DNA of 41,275 nt, from positions 1-41,275 of the forward strand of contig JAZSKZ010000095.1 in assembly GCA_045535135.1 (NCBI GenBank). Reading direction: 5' to 3'. Both the position numbers and the translations under genes were made by a program. Below the pieces are notes generated by a model. The model worked only from the letters and a program-made list of their open reading frames with translations. It was not told the DNA's origin and did not search any database. This DNA comes from Faecousia sp. GTDB lineage: Bacteria; Bacillota; Clostridia; Oscillospirales; Oscillospiraceae. Each line of letters begins with the position of its first letter. The stretch's first letter is position 1. Below are positions 36,185 through 41,275 of the stretch, piece after piece.

Positions 36185-38556
36185 AGTTTTTTTATGTGTA
36201 CTGTTGCAGATTTCGCCATCAGCTTTCTTGTGCCCTTTTCATCAAAAACGATTTCCCAAAGGGCATCGTTGCCCATTTTCACAACAGACAGCACCATTCC
36301 CCTGCCGAACGCGGTATGATTCACCATATCGCCCTTTTTCAGCTCCAGATAAGTTGTAGGCTTCGATGCAGGAATGTTATAAAGAACAGACTTTTTAGGC
36401 GCAGAAAGCTCAGGCGTGCGGTATTCATAACGGCTCTCCGGCCGCTGGAAAGCACCTTTCTTCTCCGTAATTTCCGGAGGAATCTCCCGCAGGAAACGGG
36501 ACGCCATACAGCCATTGGTGCGGCCATAGAGCATTCTCTGCCGTGCGTGGGTAATGGTAAGCTTCTCCTTTGCCCGGGTAATTGCCACATAGCAAAGGCG
36601 ACGCTCCTCTTCCATTTCTAGGTTATCTCCTATGCTGCGAACACCGGGAAACAACCCTTCCTCCATTCCCACAATAAACACATGGGGAAACTCCAAGCCC
36701 TTTGCGGCATGCATTGTCATCAGCACCACAGAATCGTCGCCGGCATCGTACTTATCGAGATCCGTATAAAGGGCAATTTCCTCCAAGAATCCCGCAAGAG
36801 AAGGCTCGTCCGCATTGTCTACATAGTTCTTAATGCTGGATTTCAATTCTCGAATGTTTTCAAGGCGGGTCTTGTTCTCTTCCGTGGGCTTACTCTCCAG
36901 CATAGCAATATAGCCGGTGCGGAGCATTACCTCTTCGTAGAAGTTCATAAGGTCCATACCTGTGTTTAAAAGCTCTGCCAGCTCTTCAATTATTGAAGAG
37001 AATTCCAGAAGCTTTTTCGCAGGCTTCTCCAGCGGCGCATAGGAATAGGGGTCGCAAACAACGGCATATAGAGAGCTTTCCTGCGCTGTAGCCAGCCGCT
37101 GGGCAGTTTCAATGGACTTTGAACCCAAACCTCTGGGTGGGTTATTAATAATTCGGTTCAGCCGCAAATCATCGTTGCGATTATTGATAACGCAGAGATA
37201 AGAAAGCATATCCTTTACCTCTGCCCGGTCAAAGAACCGCATACCGCCGATAATCTTATAAGGCACGCCATTTCTGCGAAGGGTCTGCTCCAAAATGTTA
37301 GACTGGGCGTTGGTGCGGTACAATATGGCATAATGTTTAAAGCCGTGCTTCTTATGGCCCTTGATAATTTCGCCGGTTACATAGGCGGCTTCCTGCGATT
37401 CATCACCAGCTTCATAAACAGTAATGGCATCACCGGCGCCGTTGGCCGTCCAAAGCACCTTGCCTTTTCGACCTAAATTGTGGGCAATCACACCGTTTGC
37501 TGCCTGCAAAATGGTTTGGGTAGAGCGGTAGTTCTGCTCAAGTCGAATCACCCGGGAGCCAATATACTGCTTTTCAAAATTCAAAATATTATCAATCGTT
37601 GCGCCGCGGAAACGGTAAATACTCTGGTCGTCATCACCTACTACACAGAGATTTTCTCTGCCACCGGCAAGCAATGCGGTAAGCAAATACTGTAAATGGT
37701 TCGTATCCTGATACTCGTCCACGAGCACATATTGGAATTTCCGCTGATAGTAGGCACGCACATCCTCGTGCTCCTGCAAAAGCTTTACAGTGAGGTAAAT
37801 AATATCATCAAAGTCCAGCGCATTATTATCCTTCAGCTTCTTCTGATAGCGGGAATAGGCCCGGACGATCGGCTCAAGCCGGTAATCACCACATTCAGAA
37901 AGCCGCTGCTCCATATCCTTGGGCGAGCAGTAATTATCCTTCTCACGGCTGATGAGTGAAAGCACATATTTTGGCGGGAAAGTCTTATCATCCAGTCCCA
38001 TTTCTTTCAGTACATCCTTCATCGCCCTCTCAGAGTCCGCCGCATCATAAATGGTAAAATTCCGGGTGTAACCCAACCGCTCAATTTCCCGACGGAGAAT
38101 ACGGCAGCATGCGGAGTGAAAGGTCATTGCCCAAACATCGTCGCCACCAGGGCCGATGGCCATCGTAAGCCGCTCCTTAATTTCATTGGCGGCTTTATTG
38201 GTAAATGTAATGGCTAGGATACTCCAAGGGGCAACAGGCTCAACCTGGCAGAGATACTCTACCCGCTGAATATCCATTTCATCGGTGAGAATCTGCGCAT
38301 TTTCGAGAAACAGCACATCCTCTTCCGTAACCGTATCTGGCACTTCCGTACTGTCGCTGCCACGGCCGAAACGAAGGAGGTTTGCAATGCGATTAATAAG
38401 TACCGTTGTCTTACCACTTCCAGCACCTGCCAGCAGCAGGAGCGGACCCTCCGTGGTGAGAACCGCGTCCAGCTGCGGTTTATTCAGTTTTGGAAACTGA
38501 CGGGCAATATAGGCCCGCCGAGCATCAATAAAGCGCTTTAAATATTCTTCCGTCAT
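36178..38556 (-). CDS. pcrA: ATP-dependent DNA helicase PcrA/UvrD
   Basis: AGAGSGKT, TFTNKAA, VDEYQD, QNYRS, HAAKGLEF, EERRLCYVAITRA; alternative start 38562. Confidence 0.97.
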   Translation of the reverse strand: MTEEYLKRFIDARRAYIARQFPKLNKPQLDAVLTTEGPLLLLAGAGSGKTTVLINRIANLLRFGRGSDSTEVPDTVTEEDVLFLENAQILTDEMDIQRVEYLCQVEPVAPWSILAITFTNKAANEIKERLTMAIGPGGDDVWAMTFHSACCRILRREIERLGYTRNFTIYDAADSERAMKDVLKEMGLDDKTFPPKYVLSLISREKDNYCSPKDMEQRLSECGDYRLEPIVRAYSRYQKKLKDNNALDFDDIIYLTVKLLQEHEDVRAYYQRKFQYVLVDEYQDTNHLQYLLTALLAGGRENLCVVGDDDQSIYRFRGATIDNILNFEKQYIGSRVIRLEQNYRSTQTILQAANGVIAHNLGRKGKVLWTANGAGDAITVYEAGDESQEAAYVTGEIIKGHKKHGFKHYAILYRTNAQSNILEQTLRRNGVPYKIIGGMRFFDRAEVKDMLSYLCVINNRNDDLRLNRIINNPPRGLGSKSIETAQRLATAQESSLYAVVCDPYSYAPLEKPAKKLLEFSSIIEELAELLNTGMDLMNFYEEVMLRTGYIAMLESKPTEENKTRLENIRELKSSIKNYVDNADEPSLAGFLEEIALYTDLDKYDAGDDSVVLMTMHAAKGLEFPHVFIVGMEEGLFPGVRSIGDNLEMEEERRLCYVAITRAKEKLTITHARQRMLYGRTNGCMASRFLREIPPEITEKKGAFQRPESRYEYRTPELSAPKKSVLYNIPASKPTTYLELKKGDMVNHTAFGRGMVLSVVKMGNDALWEIVFDEKGTRKLMAKSATVHIKKLS

Positions 38557-38587
38557 AACCATACCTGTGTGTAAATAGGATGGTTCT

Positions 38588-38616
38588 ATTTTACTCTATT
38601 TTTTTGAAAAGGTAAA
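38588..38616 (-). promoter_or_regulatory. sigA promoter of pcrA
   Basis: Minus strand TTTACC-N17-TAAAAT. Confidence 0.5.
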
Positions 38617-38625
38617 GTACAATTC

Positions 38626-39330
38626 TCAAGAAAGAAGGTTTTTTAAATGAATAAGCGCCTTCTTTTCAATTCGGGAAATCTGCACCTGGCTAACAGAAAG
38701 CACTTTTGCCGTTCGCTCCTGTGTTAGTCCGTGGAAATAACGCAAACGAATGACGATTGCCTCCTTTTCCGGCAAACAATCTACTGCTTGATTTAAAGAG
38801 ATTCTTTCCAAGACCACATCCTCAGTTTCCGTATCGGTAAGAACACTTTCAAGGGTAAATCCCTCGTCTCCGGTTTCCTGATGGATGGATTCCACACCGG
38901 CCGTGGCTGTTTCTGCAATAGCAATCTCCTCCAATGAAAGGCCTGTCCGCTCACCGATTTCAGATAATGTGGGCTCTCTTCCATACTCAATTATCAACTG
39001 ATTTCTGGCATTTTTTATCACCCCAGCACGCTCTTTAATTCCACGGGACACCTTCACAGCTCCATCATCCCGCAAAAAACGACGGATTTCTCCTGCAATT
39101 TTCGGTACTGCATATGTGGAAAACTGTGTGCCGAAGCTCAAGTCAAAACCGTCAACTGCTTTTAGAAAACCAAGGCAACCAAGCTGATACAGGTCCTCCG
39201 TTTCCACGCCTCGGCCTGTGTATCGACGCACAACCGCCCAGATAAGCCCACTGTTTTCCGTTAGGAGCATTTCCCGTGCTTCTTCATCTCCGGACCGACT
39301 TGCCCGGATCAGCTCCTCCGTTCTGCTCAT
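38626..39330 (-). CDS. sigF: RNA polymerase sporulation sigma factor SigF
   Basis: EDLYQLGC, FSTYAVP, GEIRRFLRDDG, SQVQISRIEK; follows spoIIAB. Confidence 0.96.
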   Translation of the reverse strand: MSRTEELIRASRSGDEEAREMLLTENSGLIWAVVRRYTGRGVETEDLYQLGCLGFLKAVDGFDLSFGTQFSTYAVPKIAGEIRRFLRDDGAVKVSRGIKERAGVIKNARNQLIIEYGREPTLSEIGERTGLSLEEIAIAETATAGVESIHQETGDEGFTLESVLTDTETEDVVLERISLNQAVDCLPEKEAIVIRLRYFHGLTQERTAKVLSVSQVQISRIEKKALIHLKNLLS

Positions 39331-39758
39331 CTGCGCTTTTGAAGTTTCCGGCGCATATGTACCGTTGTTCCCTTACCTACCTCACTTGAAACGGAAAAAG
39401 TAGTCATAAAGCTCTCCATAATGGTAAAGCCCATGCCGCTTCTGTCGCCGCCGCCGGTTGTAAACATCGGTGTCCGTGCCCGTTCCAGATCTGCAATGCC
39501 CACGCCTCTGTCCTTAATCACAATGTCGAGCACATTGTCTTTTAGTATCCGGCAGCGTACATAAATCGTACCGAATCCATTCGGATAGGCATGTACAATA
39601 CAGTTAGTTACCGCCTCCGATACCGCAGTACGAATATCGCCCAGTTCCTCCAATGTGGGGTCCAACTGCGCCGCAAAGCAGGCAACTGCCGAACGGGCAA
39701 AGCTTTTGTTTGCCGATTTGCTGGGAAATTCCAGCGTCATATAATTCTCAAATTTCAT
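39327..39758 (-). CDS. spoIIAB: Anti-sigma F factor
   Basis: FAAQLDPT, TAVSEAVTNCIVHAY, RSGMGFTIMESFM. Confidence 0.97.
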   Translation of the reverse strand: MKFENYMTLEFPSKSANKSFARSAVACFAAQLDPTLEELGDIRTAVSEAVTNCIVHAYPNGFGTIYVRCRILKDNVLDIVIKDRGVGIADLERARTPMFTTGGGDRSGMGFTIMESFMTTFSVSSEVGKGTTVHMRRKLQKRR

Positions 39759-40072
39759 CTTACAGCCTCCTTAATTTCAATTAGTTTATCGATGCCCGAT
39801 GCCCGGAATACACGCATAGGCTGATCGCTGATGCCGGAGAGCATTAATCGTCCGTCCAATCGCTGCATATTTCGCAGTGTATTTATGACCACCGCAATCC
39901 CGGATGAATCCATAAATGTAACATCCCGAAAATCCAGAACACAGGTCCGGGGCTTATAAGCCTCAATTTTTCCAAGGATGGTATCGATATACCCCTTGGC
40001 GCAGTGGTGGTCGATTTCGCCGGTGAGTGCGACAGTAAGTAAACCGTCCTGCAAAAAGCTTGTTAAATGCAT
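39755..40072 (-). CDS. spoIIAA: Anti-sigma F factor antagonist
   Basis: GEIDHH, TFMDSSGI STAS motif. Confidence 0.96.
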   Translation of the reverse strand: MHLTSFLQDGLLTVALTGEIDHHCAKGYIDTILGKIEAYKPRTCVLDFRDVTFMDSSGIAVVINTLRNMQRLDGRLMLSGISDQPMRVFRASGIDKLIEIKEAVR

Positions 40073-40102
40073 TTTGTTTCCCTCCTTTGTTATTACAGTT
40101 TC

Positions 40103-40137
40103 AGTATAAAATCCATAAAATAAATTTACTGTCGCAA
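40103..40137 (-). promoter_or_regulatory. Candidate Spo0A-dependent promoter of spoIIA
   Basis: 0A-box-like TGTCGCA (40130-40136) 21 nt from minus-strand TATACT. Confidence 0.45.
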
Positions 40138-40146
40138 TCGGTAGGC

Positions 40147-40188
40147 AAAAAAAGAAAGTAGCGTAAAACCGAAGTTTTACGCTACTTT
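40147..40188 (-). terminator. Terminator of valS
   Basis: 15-bp perfect stem with cTTCGg loop followed by CTTTTTTT. Confidence 0.92.
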
Positions 40189-40201
40189 TATTTGATACAG
40201 A

Positions 40202-41275
40202 TTACAGTTTCAAAAGAGCCTGCTTGCTTTCATTCAGCTGAGCAATCAAATCTCTTGCTTTCTGTGCCTTTTCCCGTTCTGCATTTACAACATTTTCGGG
40301 AGCACGGGCAACAAAGTTCTCATTATTCAGCTTGCCTTCAATAACAGCAAGGTTCTTTTCCGCCTTCTCCAATTCTTTACCGATGCGGTCCAATTCCTTT
40401 TCCACATCCACAAGCTGACCCATAGGAATATACAGCTTTGCATCTGCGGTTGTGCAGCAGACCATACCGTCCAAATTCTCGGGTTCTTTGTCTAGGATGG
40501 TAACACTATCCGCATATGCAAGGCGCTGAACGAAGTCCCGACCCTCGGTGAACACATTGGGCTTGCTGGTTAGAACAAAAAGCGCAGCCTTTGTGGAGGG
40601 AGGTACATTCATTTCTGCCCGGCGGTTACGGATAGACCGAATGGCATTCATAACAGATTCCATTAAGGTCTCTTCGGTCTTGAAGTTCAGCTTTTCGGTA
40701 AATACAGGCCACTGGGCCGCAATCAGCGCATCACCGCTATGGGGCAGGCTCTGCCAAATTTCCTCCGTAATGAACGGCATAAAGGGATGAAGCAGACGGA
40801 GCGTTTGATCCAGCACATAGACAAGCACCTGCAGTGCTGTCGCTTTCTGAGCCTCATCTTCGCTATAGAGTCTTACCTTGGTCAGCTCAATATACCAGTC
40901 GCAGTAGGTATCCCACAGGAAGTCATAAATCTTTTGAATGGCTACGCCCAGCTCATAGCGCTCCATATTTTCCGTAACCTCGGAAATCAGGGAGTTAAGC
41001 TTGGAAAGAACCCACTTGTCTGCGATGGTCAGGTCTTTTTCGTCAGGAAGTGCGTTTTCTGCATCTTCCTTCAGGTTCATCAGGACATAGCGGCTGGCGT
41101 TCCAAAGCTTATTGGCAAAGTTACGCATAGCCTCACAGCGCTCCACATAGAAACGCATATCGTTTCCGGGAGAGTTGCCCATAACCATATTCATACGCAG
41201 AGCATCGCAACCGTATTTCTCAATCATCTCCAGGGGGTCAATGCCGTTGCCAAGGCTCTTGGACATCTTTCTGCC
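40202..41275 (-). CDS. valS: Valine--tRNA ligase, C-terminal part (5'-truncated by window)
   Basis: KMSKSLGNGIDP, RNFANKLWNA, LLHPFMPFITEEIW, C-terminal coiled coil. Confidence 0.98.
   Translation of the reverse strand, partial: GRKMSKSLGNGIDPLEMIEKYGCDALRMNMVMGNSPGNDMRFYVERCEAMRNFANKLWNASRYVLMNLKEDAENALPDEKDLTIADKWVLSKLNSLISEVTENMERYELGVAIQKIYDFLWDTYCDWYIELTKVRLYSEDEAQKATALQVLVYVLDQTLRLLHPFMPFITEEIWQSLPHSGDALIAAQWPVFTEKLNFKTEETLMESVMNAIRSIRNRRAEMNVPPSTKAALFVLTSKPNVFTEGRDFVQRLAYADSVTILDKEPENLDGMVCCTTADAKLYIPMGQLVDVEKELDRIGKELEKAEKNLAVIEGKLNNENFVARAPENVVNAEREKAQKARDLIAQLNESKQALLKL

Noticed and set aside
39700-39720. Single-residue oddities (SpoIIAB NKSFAR versus usual NESFAR; LigA HFDSR versus HFASR)
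   Set aside because: Single-base changes that cannot be told apart from strain variation or consensus error without reads

Overview
Core-chromosome segment of a spore-forming Clostridia-class bacterium (Oscillospiraceae-like, inferred from gene content and order). Roughly 1-17.2 kb is mostly + strand: ftsK/spoIIIE 3' end, an ECF S component preceded by a pan-like RNA hairpin, the complete spoIIIAA-AH operon, asp23-nusB-TsaD-like-xseA-xseB-ispA, a divergent cotJ(AB fusion)-cotJC / cwlD pair, radA, a FlaR-like kinase, a XerC-like recombinase (- strand), trmH and pfkA. Roughly 17.2-41.3 kb is almost all - strand: xerD, spoIIM-like, a membrane protein, pgm, coaD/rsmD, uvrC, an HPr-like protein, mutS2, recO, yqzL, era, ybeY, phoH, yqfD/yqfC, ylbJ (+ strand), ligA, yunB, pcrA, sigF-spoIIAB-spoIIAA and the valS 3' end. 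I found no rRNA, tRNA, CRISPR, IS or prophage. The main signals: (i) gene orientation converges at two tyrosine recombinases, with a Firmicutes-type dif-like 28-mer at 18826-18853; (ii) a perfect 13-bp-arm palindrome covers the -35 of the XerC-like gene, and 15 bp including one arm recur exactly inside that gene; (iii) an HPr paralogue with His15->Tyr; (iv) a CotJA-CotJB fusion; (v) a TsaD-like paralogue; (vi) a spoIIA promoter with Spo0A/sigA-type rather than sigH geometry. All calls come from reading motifs and gene context by eye; no searches were run.
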